In this document: one piece after another, positions 1 to 12,000 of the stretch | Numbering within the stretch: the stretch's first letter is position 1 | Layout of the letters: each line of letters begins with the position of its first letter | DNA from: Amoebophrya sp. A120 | Lineage: Eukaryota; Protista; Dinoflagellata | Assembly (NCBI GenBank): GCA_905178155.1 | Contig: CAJINV010000002.1 | Coordinates: 8,637,224-8,701,223, forward strand | Direction of reading: 5' to 3' | Length of the DNA stretch: 64,000 nt | Notes under the pieces: generated by a model | Database searches by the model: none | Seen by the model: the letters and a program-made list of their open reading frames with translations, nothing else | What the model was told of the DNA's origin: nothing | Translations under genes and position numbers: made by a program

Positions 1-2403
1 TTACACGGATCGACGTAGCAAAATACCTGGGGATCAACATCATGATAGGTTTGATTTATGATTTCTGATTCTTCATCATACATACTGAAGGTGAGTTTGC
101 AGCTGAAGTTTGTTGAGAAATGATTGAGCAAAACAAATTGAACTTCAAGCACTCCTACTGTTTGATGCCGTGTTTCTACGCTGGATTTTTTCCAGAAATT
201 TGTCAAATAATTCTCCGCAAAATGAAAAAAATCACACCTGCGCGCAGTTGGGGAAATTCAAACCGCCATGATTCCGATCGCTTTTCACGTCAGTCGATGG
301 ACACTCGCCATTCCAAATGTCCTCGCCCCAGTTTGCCTGCGGCATGTCCCACGCATTACAGAACGAGCCGAAATAGGGACTCAGCTCGATGACCTGGTCC
401 TCATTATCCGTCTCCGCGGTGGTAGACGCCGACTGCCCCGCGTTTGCACGATCTTCTCGACGAGTCTGGTGAGTTTGTAGCGCACTGTACGAGGACGAGG
501 ACGACATGGACGCTGAAAAATCATCGTTCGTGAGCGGCGGCACCTTGTCGTTCTGGCTTTTTTCCAAGGCCTTTGGCTGACCGAAAGTCGTGTCCCATTT
601 CACGACCAAGTTGTCTGGGATGGAAACTGACTGTTCTGTGCTAGAAGTAGTACCTCCTGCAGTAGATGCTGACCCCCCGGACGAGCTTCTGGTACCTGCA
701 TTCGACGAAGATGAAGAAGAACCTCCTTGTTCCACTGTTCCGTCGTACCCTTTCAGCTCGTGCTGCAAGTCCGTCGTCCGGTGGTCAGAGTAGGAGGAAA
801 CGTCCAACGGCAGGCGTGCGCGTATTTCTTCCCACGATAAGCAAGCGCAGTCACTGTCTCCGTAGTCGTACTTCACCTCGTTGCCGCCTACCACGAAAGA
901 CTCCTTCGTTTTGGGTTCGGCATTTAGCCCGCTGCTCGACTTTTTCAACAATCCGGATGGTGTGCCGTTCTTTTTGTTCTCCTTGACGACGTTGTTGTTT
1001 CTTATCCCGGGAACAGGAGAGGAATTTTGATCGGTTTGCTCCTGCATGCTGTCGACTTTCATGACACTGAGCGCGCCTTCCCCGGCATCCGCTGCTGGCT
1101 GCAGAGCACCGGTGTTCGTGAACAGCGCAGGAGGTTGCTGGGCCCCTGTAGTTCCTACCGCGACTGCGCCCGGAGCTGCAGTTCCTGCAGTGCCTATCAC
1201 CAGGGGCGGGCTCGTCGCCGGTGGGGCTGCTGCGGTGACAGGCACGTAAATGATCGGCGCTTGCTGCGGCAGAACACCATTATTTGCGCTCGTTGCGACG
1301 ACGTCCGAAGTTGCACTGGCAACAGTCGAGGACGTGGCCGAGCCGCGTTGCTGGATATCATCTACTTCTGGCTGCGGGGACGTCAACAACGCCCCATTTC
1401 CGAGATCCTTTCCGTTGACGACGATGGTGATGCGCTTGTTATCGTTGTTGTTCCTGTTTTCTTCGGAGCTTTCCTCCTGCTGTTGTTGACCACTGGATAT
1501 ATCATACCCGCTAGACAAAACTGCGTTATTTCCGACCTCGCCGCCTCCTTCTGGCTCGGACGAAGAGGCTGAGCCACTGGTGCTTGAAGGGATTCCGGAC
1601 GACCTGGTGATAATCGCCACAGTCGTTTTCCCCGCCTGGTCGTCTGCCGAAAATCTTTCCTTTTGCCGACCGACGTGCTGCTGTTGGTGTTCTTTCGCGA
1701 CCTCCAGAGCTGCAGTTGAGCTGCGAGGAGCAGATGGAGAAGCGGCTGCTGCTGCTGATACAACGTCACCTGCTCGAGTGGAACTACTAGTCGACGAGCT
1801 GTCGCTGTCGGGTGGTAAGTGCGAATCTTGAGGGTCTCCACTCTTGCTTTCTGATTCCCCGCGTCTTTCTCCACCATTTTGAACGACACTGCTTTCACCG
1901 GGTAAAATTGTTGTCGACGATTCATCTCCCGATAATTTCGTGGCTCCACTGGTGCCAGTTTCAGCAACTGCCCCTTTTCGTTTATTTTGTTTTTCCTGCA
2001 GTTCCCTATACCGAGCCTGGAGTTCGGCTGGACTAAGCTCGTCGAGCTTGTTCATTTTCTCCATGTGTGCGTTCAAAGAGGCGAGGGACATGCGCCGCTG
2101 AAATGCGCGCACTGTGAGGAGTTCGGACGGAGATGTTGAAATAAGCGTGAAGTAGAGAAAGAAGGACCACCAGCACGACCCGGTGCACAAAAACGCCCGC
2201 GAGGATAGTTCTTTGCAAGTGGAGGACGAACGTGGTGCTATTTCTCGTCGTCTTCTTGTACAACTTCGCGTCCTCGGCGGGGCTGGACGAAAACCTCCCG
2301 AGCTCGCGGCGACGTTCCTGGGACGGTCGTACTGAGTGGCGCCGCAAGCATTTTCCGCGAAGAAGACGCTCACGGGAGGCCGTTGTCGTTGTGCGTGCGG
2401 CAT
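1..2403 (-). CDS. Hypothetical low-complexity protein with N-terminal hydrophobic anchor and C-terminal Cys-rich (kringle-like) module; 3' end runs off the window. Exons 2403-238 and 26-<1
   Basis: Long ORF 232-2472 with first ATG at 2403 (MPHAQ); hydrophobic stretch FLCTGSCWWSFFLYFTLI. The ORF ends at a CAG|GTGTGA donor, and the CCCCAG acceptor at 27 continues in phase 0 as NCAQ|VFCYVDPC. Cys pattern DCAC...FGSFCNAWD...C...C..FCYVDPC. Start codon uncertain. Confidence 0.7.
27..237 (-). other. Canonical GT-AG intron (211 nt, phase 0)
   Basis: Minus-strand GTGTGA at 237 and CCCCAG ending at 27; AT-rich interior; splicing keeps the frame and completes the CYVDPC motif. Confidence 0.75.
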
Positions 2404-3097
2404 CTTCTGCCTCTTGATATACGGGGTCGCTATCCAAGGCTTCAAGGGCGATGGCACCAAAGACAAGTACACCTACAGTGATGCTCAAACCTACCTTCTT
2501 ATTATTTCGGTTATACCAGCTTTTTGAATGTGCTTTTTCTAAGAAAGTAAGTAAGCGTGAATTAGAATTCTGATCTTGCTTAGACCAGCTGGCCGGATCT
2601 TGCTTTTCGCCGTCCTCGTGGTCAGGATCCTGGTTCCGTCCCACTAGTCACCCACCCGGCCGGGCGGATGAGAAATGGGACGGCCACAACTCGTCAGAAT
2701 TTGTTACCCCGCTCAAAGCAAACTTTTCTATCAATCTCTCTCGTCACACAATAAAGCGCGAAAGCGAGAATGTCCCTCGGTCCAAAGATGGTGAACATGG
2801 GCTCGACTAGCTCTCGCTCATAGCAGACAACTAAACCCCTCACGGTCGCGTCCTCGGCATGTGGTGCGCGACAGCATGCACAAAAGAAATTGTCCTGTAC
2901 CACATCCAAATCCATTACGTTTACGGCGCGACACGCGTCGGTGAAAGAAACGAAAAGTCCAAAATTGTGGAAGTTTGTCGGACCGTCCATCCCGCCTTCA
3001 GCTACACAATTCGCTGCAATGGATATGGACGTATTTTCGTCGCCCACCATGGGTATCATGTTAATGAGTCTTCATTCTAGTCGTAGTTTATGCGATT

Positions 3098-6000
3098 TCA
3101 ATACCGTGGTCCCACGATGTTGCAAAAGCTGCAAGCCTGTGTCGTTCTTCCATAAAGCTCTGCTGCGAGCAAACTCTTGCATCTATCCACATCACTAGCA
3201 GTTTTTGTCTGTCGCGACCTCACCACGAGGTCACTGCTCCTGCCGTCAAACTCGACGAAACCACAGCGCTTGCAAGCAAGCACCTCCCGCAAAATAGTAG
3301 TCTTCTCGTGGAGCAAGTAGTTGCTTCGTGATTCATCTTCCAGCAAACCCGCCCGAAGACCAACATCAGCAAAGGGGAAGAGTGGAGCTTCCTCGTCGAA
3401 TTGTTTCTTTACCAATGTGGCATCAGGGTCCTGCAAGAACAGGGTCTTCACACAGCATGGCAGTTGCTGATCGCGCTCCACTGGCCGATTTTTCATTTCA
3501 GGAGGAAGGCCGCGATTTTTATGCTGAGGTGTGCGATCGCGATCCCCACTCGTCACAAATACCCATTGCATGCGGTAGACATCAAGCTCGATCGCCGCAC
3601 CGCAGTTTTCACACCGAGCTGAAAAGGCGGCCAGCGGTTCACTATGCTGCTCGTTGCTGCCGCCGTACTGTCGTGGCACAAACGTCCCAAGCAATAATTG
3701 CTGTCCACAACACGGACAGCGATAATTGAAGTGTCGCGCCGGAACGTTCTGTCCTCGCGGAAACCTGGCGACGAGGTTTACTGAGGAGGTGCTAGCGGAG
3801 GCTTTTATTCCAGTAGATGGGAAAAGCTCCTGTGCGCTCCTGACCGCGTGGCGGTCTCCTTGTTCTGTTACTGTTGTCAATGCATCACGATCGCGTGCTT
3901 CTTGTCCCGCAGCGTTGTCGTGTCCTATTTCACTAGAGTCTGCATGTTTGTCCTGTTGCACTGTCAAACGTTCATGCACGAATCGTGCCGCAGCAATTTC
4001 GTCGTGGTAGAGAAAGTGTTCGAAACAGAACTGGTACACCTGGTCCAGGTGATGGGTAGAAGTTCTTGCACTCCTTATGGTACGATGCCCGCTAGTTGTC
4101 ATCTGGGCCGCAGGAGGAGCTGCTCGGTTCGTGCCTGCCTCGTCTACTTCAGTTGGGGGCGAAAAAGCGTGTTGTCCATCCGAAGGGATTTGGATTTGGC
4201 TCCGCGTTTCTTGACTCTGACTGCGGCTGCTGCCAGAGGGCGGCGATGAAGAAGAGGAGGTGGAACTGGATGAGGACGCTGAACCGGCGGGTGCGTTCAC
4301 ATTCTTCACAGGATTAGACCGCTCTTCGCTTGAGCTGCCGTGGTCCATCTCTCCAGCAACTTCTTCGTCACTGGCGGTATTTTTTGTCGCAGCTTGGACG
4401 AGCTCTCTTCCGTCTGCAGATGGCGGAACGATGGTGTTGACAGGAAGCGGAGCACTCTCTGTCCGTAGTGTTTTCACGCTGACGTGCAGGAGCATGACCA
4501 GAGAGTCCAGAAGCGTTTTCGCCCGATGGTCTGGAGACAGAGGGTTCGTTTTGAAAGAACTGCTTGGTTGTCTCCCGCTTGTTTCGTGTGCTCGTGATGA
4601 GCGCAAGGGCGACGTCGACGGGCGTTGAAGGGCAACGGAACCTCCCAGAGGACGTCGACCCCCAGGAGCTCCACCTGCGCCGGCGCTTGTAAACCGGGCA
4701 GCAATTGATTCCTCCCCGTGCTCTAAAGTTTTTCTTCTTTCTCGCTCGCGTCGCTTCGACGGACTAGTGCAGGGACTTCTGAGGCCGGTTGTAGTCTCCG
4801 CAGCCACACTCACACTTGGATACAACTTTTTCCCTGTCCGGAGCTGCGCGTCCGAGTCAGACGACGTTCGCGGTCGCATTGGGAGCCAACCGAACTGAGA
4901 TTGCGGAAGCGCATCTTCATGTAGAAGTCCTAATAGAGCTTCTCCCCCGAGGGAAATAAAACTCGAGGGCGGCGGGGGTGGTGTGACAACGCGACTCTGG
5001 TGCTGCACTCCGTGGCCTCTTTGCCTTAGCTCGATCGAGGTTTGCGGCCTTCGCGGTAGTATCGGCTGCACCTGCCAGGTATGTGGGTGAGCTAGTCCCG
5101 GGGTAGTTCTCGGCAGCACTGCAACCGGGTTGGCACGAACCCCGCGGCTGTCACGCACAATTGCAGTTTTCGCTACTTCCTTGCGGTGCGCAGCGGCAGA
5201 AATCTCTTTCGCATGGCTCGTCACATAATCCTCTTGTGCGATCGCGACGTATTGGAGGGCGCGTCCAAACCGATAAAACTCGGCCGCGAAGTGGAACAGA
5301 TCTTTCTGGTAAGTGCGGTCGGTGTACGAGGATTCGTCAACAGCAGAAACGGTTGCAGACCGAGACCACGGACTCACGTCGCTGGCGTTCAACTCTGTCA
5401 CCAAATCGCTGAGTAGTTGCATTCCCGCGGAGAAGTTCTGCTTTTGGAAGAACAAATCAAACAGCGTGTCTGCGAGCTTCTGCTTAGAGAAGAGAGATCG
5501 GGCCCCATCTGTGGTCATTCGCATCGGGTCAAGTCGAGAAGCGCGCGTCGCCCGCAGACTCATCGGTATCAAACTGACGGACTTTTTCACGGCTTGTTCT
5601 AGTTCTTGTGCGGTTGTACTAGCACGTGGTGGACTGCCTTCGCCGACCGCGCCCTGGCCTGCTGTCTGATCAACGCCGAGGCCTTCTCCACCGACCTCCA
5701 CACTGCTGGAAGAAGAAGACGCGGAGGCTGAGGAAGACGATTCTTGCTCTTCGCTCGACGTCTTTGCTTCCTGCAGCCCCGGTTGATGTTCCTCGGTACC
5801 ACCTTGCGCGCCGGGGCCGGCACCTCCTTTCCTACGACCAGCAGCGGCCTCGTCCTGAAGGATTTCGTCATCCGAAGTCGATGTGGTTGACACGCCCTCG
5901 ATTTTCGAGCCTGTCTCTAGGACCCCAAACGCCTTTTTTTCTTCTTCCTTCATCGCGTGCTGCATTCCAGAGTCGTCCGCTGTGTCGGTTCTATCTTCCT

Positions 6001-9000
6001 CGTCCGAAGCCACTTCGAAAGGGAAGGCGACTGGTGCTACTTGACTGTAGTCGTCCAGTGCAGCGGCTCCAGATCTTGGTGCCCCGCTCCGCCGGCGACT
6101 GCGACCCAAAGCACCAGTGGTCGCTTGCAATTGCTCAGCTCGACCGCCTGTCGCGCCGCCACTGCCGTAGGCAGAAGAGCTTCTGCCCGCAGCAAAAGTC
6201 AACATCCCAGCATCTTCCTTGTCACCCTGACCTCCGCTACCAGCGCGGAATAAGTGATCCGGTGGAGAGCTGATTGTCTGGTAATCGACTTCACTCGCGA
6301 CTCCTGCAGCACTGACCCTCGCACCTGCAAACTTCTCGTTTTCTGCCACGACCGGCTCGGCCAGAACGCGCAGCTTTTTCGCTCGAATCGCGAGTTCGCC
6401 CGTGGACAACGGCGTTGTCGCGGTCTGGCGCAAAGCCTCCACGGCTTTCGCTTTGCGGTAAATCCGAACCTCTGTGACTTCGTTGCTGTAAACGGCAGGT
6501 GGAAGTTGTTGCTGCACTGGCATCTGTGAACCTCCGTGGGACAGGTGCAAGTCGGTTTCCGATTTTTCCAGCATCATCTGCATGGTTCCAAATACCCGCC
6601 AATGGAATAACTGACCTGGGGGATTCTTTTCAATCTTTTTCTTCAGCTGCAGCCTCCACTCCAGCATGTAAAAGTCCTGGCTGCGAAGATTTTGTGCGTC
6701 TTCAATGTAATTGTGAATGAAAATCCTCAACTCATCGCCCTCCCGCACCACCGCCACGTGGTGCCAGCAGTCGTCCAGCAGCCCGTCGTGCGTGTGCGGG
6801 TGGTCTTGCGCAACGAAGTCTTGAATTTCGAAGCTCTTATCGCTGCTCGTCCCCTGCTGTAGGTGCTGCCCGTAGTCTAGCGCGTGGAAGGTAGTTGCAG
6901 GAGCGGTGGCTGAAGTTCTGTTGTGGTCCTCGAAAATGGCTTCGTTCGCCGTACCTGATTCTGTGCTTCGATTCATTCTTTCTTGACGAGCGAAAACAAT
7001 CAACTTCGCCTCAGGGTCGTCGACAAGCACGAACAGCGAAAACTGCGATTCCTGACTCGCGGTAGCAGTTGCTGGTGATAGACGACGGGATTGCGCAATT
7101 TGTTCCGGGACCGGCCTCCAATAGAACTCCAAGGTCCACGCATGTTGCTTGTTCCCCTGCTGATCCATTTGGGGACTTAAGCCCGCGACCGCGTCGCTGT
7201 GGTGCACAAGCGTGACGAAAGAGGAGTACTGCAGAGTTGATGTTGAGGACGCCTGCGGCCCGGCGTTTTCGCTTGCTTCAATGCCGCGTGCCTCTCGCTC
7301 TACGCTTCTCTGCATTCTGCTCTCACCGCGAGGCGACCGCGACGTAAAAAAAGGATCATCTTCACCGCTTTCGTCAAACAGCCCCAGGCCCCCGCCCATA
7401 CCAGAAGATCCTCGCTCCCTCCCCGATCCTTCACCCCGCGCAGCGCGATTCGCCGCCTTCGGGCTGCTCAGATTTCGCTGCAAATCCAGGACCGCGATAG
7501 TGTTTTCGCTGTCCGTGCGACGCGGCAGGGTTTTCGACCCGCTTATGCTGGTGCTTCGGTTCAGGTACGGTGGCGACCAATGCTGCTCTCCTGCGTCGCT
7601 TGCGCCTCCACGACGGGGAGTCTGCAAGGGGCTAGCACTGCTGCCTCGTCCCGGCGTACTGCCGGGCGGAAAAAGCAAGTTCTTGCGTAGACCCCCGGAC
7701 TTCTGCATTGCGGCTGCTATGGCCCCGGACCGCGGACTTTTCAGTCGTGGGTCGAGGTTTCTCCCCCCACGCGGCGTAAAGATCTCGTCCGCGGTCCGCG
7801 CATTCGCGCTGCTGGAAGTAGCAGCTCCGAAGGAATGAACTGCAGGTCCTCCGCGAGGAGTCGCCAGGCTGTCAGGGTCCCGCGGCGTCAAACCCTGTTG
7901 ACCAGGCCTTGGGGAGGCGTTTTGCGAACGCGTCTCCTGGTGGGACTGGTGGAGGCGCGCAACCTCGGCCATTCTTGTCGTGAGGTACACGCGCTTCCCG
8001 ATCTCCGAGGCATGCCGGTAGAACAGAAACGGGGGGCCGGTGGGTTGTGCGGGAGGGGGGTCGGTCTCGCCGTCTGCACGTTCCTGTCGCCCATCGGTAG
8101 CATCAGTGTTTATCCCCATATGTTCAACCAGGAGATCCTCCGGTATGTCACTGAAATCAAAGCCAAATTCCGACTGGTCGGGGCTTGGCATCCAGTGCTG
8201 CCCTTCACGATCGTGAAGGCCCCGCGACGACTTCCGCTTCTTCCGTTTGATGGGGTTTTCTGTCATCTGCATGTTGTCCTTTGACGTTAGAGAAACCACA
8301 CCACCAGATGAGCCCCCAAGTCGCTCTTCCGATACGGGAGAGAGCTTTTTGCTGCTCGCCCGACCTGGGGAACTGAAGGCTGACTCATTGTTCAAAAAGC
8401 CAGCAGCTCGCCCTTGCGCGTCGTAGTTAGCCTCTGCTCGAGGCTGCCCCGTTGCGGAAATAGACAGCACGCTGTTGTTGCTGCGTGCGGCCAGACGGAA
8501 TCGCAAGGCGCGGTTGGGCTGCAATGCCGTCCCCCACTGGTCCTCCTGCTCAACGGGGAAAACAGAAAAATCGATGTCCCCGAGCTCCCACTGCGGCATC
8601 GTCCTGGGCGGGGTGCGGGACTTAATGTTGGGTGAATACGTGGTCATGTGATCGGTGGTTAACCTCATGGTCACCAGATAGGCAGCATCAATCATCTGCC
8701 TCGACCCCGGTGTTCCGGGTTCTCCGCCGCGTCTTTCCCCAAAACTGCCGAATTGCAGGTCCATACCAACGGAACTTTCTCCGCCGTCGGGTTTGTAGGA
8801 ATTTTGTAGCTTTTGCGTGCAGGTGTAGTTGTAGGGAAGTTCAAGACCTTGACGACTCTCTGCTGTTTTACTCTCTCTAGGAAAGAGCTCCGCGCACCGA
8901 AAATACGCCAGCAACGTACTGCTGCCATCTTGGGAAAACTCAGTTTGGTGTCCTGCCTCTTTGTGCTGCAGTACTTCCATTTCTGTCGCGACGAGTCCGC

Positions 9001-12000
9001 TCTTTGTCAAAAGTTCTCCAACGTCGAAGTCGTTTGCCGAGCGCACAGCATTCACGACCTGTTCAGCCGTACTTACCGCAGAGTGTCCATGCGTTTCCCT
9101 TTCGTTCTTCTGCATCATGGGCAGCATCGACAACGAACGCTGCACGTCCCCGGATCGCGGGCTTTCCATTGCAGAAACGCCTGGCTTCGGACGTCGCTGT
9201 TGATGCCCATACTCGTTTTCTTGTTTACCACCAACCCCGTCGACAACCGACATCGACAAGTAATACTGGAGGCACGCAACGCTTTCGCGGCTACGCGAGA
9301 AACTGGACCCGAGAATGCTTTTCAAGACAGAAGCATTGGAACGTCTGCCACGACTTGCAGTCCTCTTCTTCAAAGACTTGCCGATCTTCAGGTTCGAGCT
9401 CCTGTGGCCGCCCAGTAGAAGACCCAGCAGCAAGGGGGCGACGTCTTGCTGTTGCGTTTGTCCGAGAACGTTTTGTTGTCGGTTGAGTTGTTCCGTGGAG
9501 TCGTTACTTTTCGTGCGCGGGACAATGTCATCGTCATCGTCCTCGGAGTTGCCCGACGACGCATGCTGTGACTTGCTTTTACGCGATGAAGATCCAGGTT
9601 TTTTCTCTACTTTCTGCTCCTTTTTCTCGATCTGGGAAGAAACCACCTTCTGGATCTGTTCGATTGCGCTGCTGCGTATTGATCGATCACCCGCAGCCCT
9701 TGCTTGACTCGCCCGTCCGGGAAAGAACCGTTCCAGTTGGTTCGTTTTCCGCAAGAAATGGTCGAGACCCACCACCACAGCATACCGGCTTGCTCGCAAC
9801 TCGATGTTGCGCACGAATGCTTTCTTCTCTTCGTCATCGAAGCTGAGAAGCAGCAACCTGGCGATTGCTTTCGCGAGCGATGGGTGAAGACTGGAATCTT
9901 TATGCGAGTCGCCCAGCAGCAGTATACCCTGGTCGACGTCGGACGTAGATGGTGCAGGAGCCGAGCTACTTCTGTGCAGATCTAGGAATCGTTGAAATTT
10001 CTCCCGCTGCTTCGACAATGTCGCGTATTGTTCCTGATTGATCTGGGACAAAGCTTCCGCAAGCGGGTGCGTCAGAACAGTCCTCTGAGGAGTCTTTTGC
10101 TGAGGAGCAACATGTGATGACGTTCCAACTCCAAAGGCTCCTTTGTTCGCCAGATTCATGGAAATCGGAATCGGTTTCTTCACTCCGCCAGAAGTTTGAT
10201 GCTGCTGCTGCGCTCCGGCGGATGACAGAGTTGGCGAGAACGCCTGAAAGGTCGTTTTGCTGGTGGAGTTCGGGAAGGCAGGGCTGCTTGAGGAGGAAGA
10301 ATTGCTGCTATTGGGCTCGTGCGAATCTTTGTTCTTCCCGTTGGCAGCTGCTGAGGAAGACGACCTGCTGCTGCTTGAACTCGACGAATTCGAATTCCCG
10401 GATGACGATGACTCCTTGCTTGCCTTAGCCCCACTCGAGGACGACGAAGAAGAGGTACTACTGCTCGTACCAGCCACTGGGTTGTTGCTCATGCTCCCTC
10501 CCGCGCGCTTCGCGTTTGCGTTTCTTTCCTTCTTCAATCTGACCTCCCGTTCGCGGATCTCTGCCTTAGCCAGGTCACAAAACTCCACCCCGACGGTAAC
10601 AACAAACCGCAGCTTCAGCAGCAAGACCTCCACCACTGCGGCTAACCGCTCGTAGAAAAGCAGCCCCCCGTCGTACGCTAAGACCCGGGCGCAATTCTGC
10701 TCGAACCCCCTCCGCAAAGCAACAGCTCTCTGCTTTTCCGAGTCGCGGGCGGAAAGCGTCTTGGCGCGGGGGGTTGTGAACTTCGGAGTCGACGGGGAGA
10801 CGGATCGCGGCGTGAAGGGCGGCAATTGTTGCCTGCTACTATTCATTTGTTCCACCGCTCGGGGCGTGGGTGACGGAGAGCGTGGCGTGATTTTGTCGAG
10901 CAACTGCTCGGAGCTCGCCAGCAGGTCGTGCTCCTGGCTGCTGCCGAGTACCAAACGCACACACACAAAGTGGAAGACCTCGTACAGAATCGTGAAGTGC
11001 TGATCCAGTTTTTCCTCGTTTTCGTCCACCAAGTGTTCGAGTTTGAAAATTTCAGAATGGCGTTCTACTTGGCGACCGGCCAGTTTGGCGCTAGTAGGAG
11101 TTTTGTTGATGTCCACACCGCCCCGCTGATACCGCAGGCTGCTCGTAGCTGCTGCTGCTGAGGTCGTTAGCGCAGCAGGTCCCGCAGCGGGGGCCAACGG
11201 ACTGAGAAATTGCGCGCACAATGGTGACAGCTGTTTAGTGATGATCATCTGCTGGGTAGTTGTACCTCCCAACATGAAGGAGTCTGTGCAACCTCCTCTG
11301 CTGTTGAGAATGCCCACCGCTTGGCCAAACTCCGGAGTGACCGCGACGAGGTGCAAGAACCTTTCCGTGTCAACATCGAGGGAAATTTTGTCGATTTTCT
11401 CAGTGTCGACCGTCGTCACCAAGCCCGCGTTAGTGCTAGTGGTTGCAGACGTTCCTTCGTCGACGGTCGTGCGCGTCTCGTCGTCAACTACCACAGTCGT
11501 GCTGTGGATATCTGACACGGTTGAAATCAGAAGTAACTTTTTTTGTCGCGAAGGGTTTGTTGACAAGTTTTTCGTTGTTGAGAAAAAGTCAACTCGTCGC
11601 TGCTCCCTTGTGTCTCGCATCAAGACCATGTTTTCTCCATAATTTACCTGCGGCTGCGTAAGTAGCATCGCCGACACGGTCCGCAGAGTGCTGATCATGT
11701 GCACACACTCCACTGAAACCCGTGGCTTCGTGTACATCGCAGCGGGCTGGTTATTATGTTGAAATTGTGATGAAGCTCGTTCTCGTTCTACGAACAAAGT
11801 TTCTTGGAAACTCACTCTGAGCAAGGCCACACACTGCAGCATGGGAAGCGCCACGAGCCAGGCCTCGCGTTGCGGTAGGCCGGGATTATCCTTATCTTGG
11901 CGGCTCATCTTCCGGGGCCGAGTTGCAGAAACTCGGAGTTTCGACCACACTGGCCTTGCAACCAGGTCCGTTGGTGTGGAATTCTCGCTGGGCTTAGAAA

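Noticed and set aside
2033-2644. 203-aa overlapping minus-strand ORF with hydrophobic segments
   Set aside because: GTG start with no ATG; overlaps the longer ORF in another frame; the closest canonical join needs an implausibly short 31-nt intron. Not fully excluded.
2694-3059. 121-aa minus-strand ORF
   Set aside because: Starts ~40 nt after the stop of the giant gene, probably within its 3' UTR; no recognisable motif.
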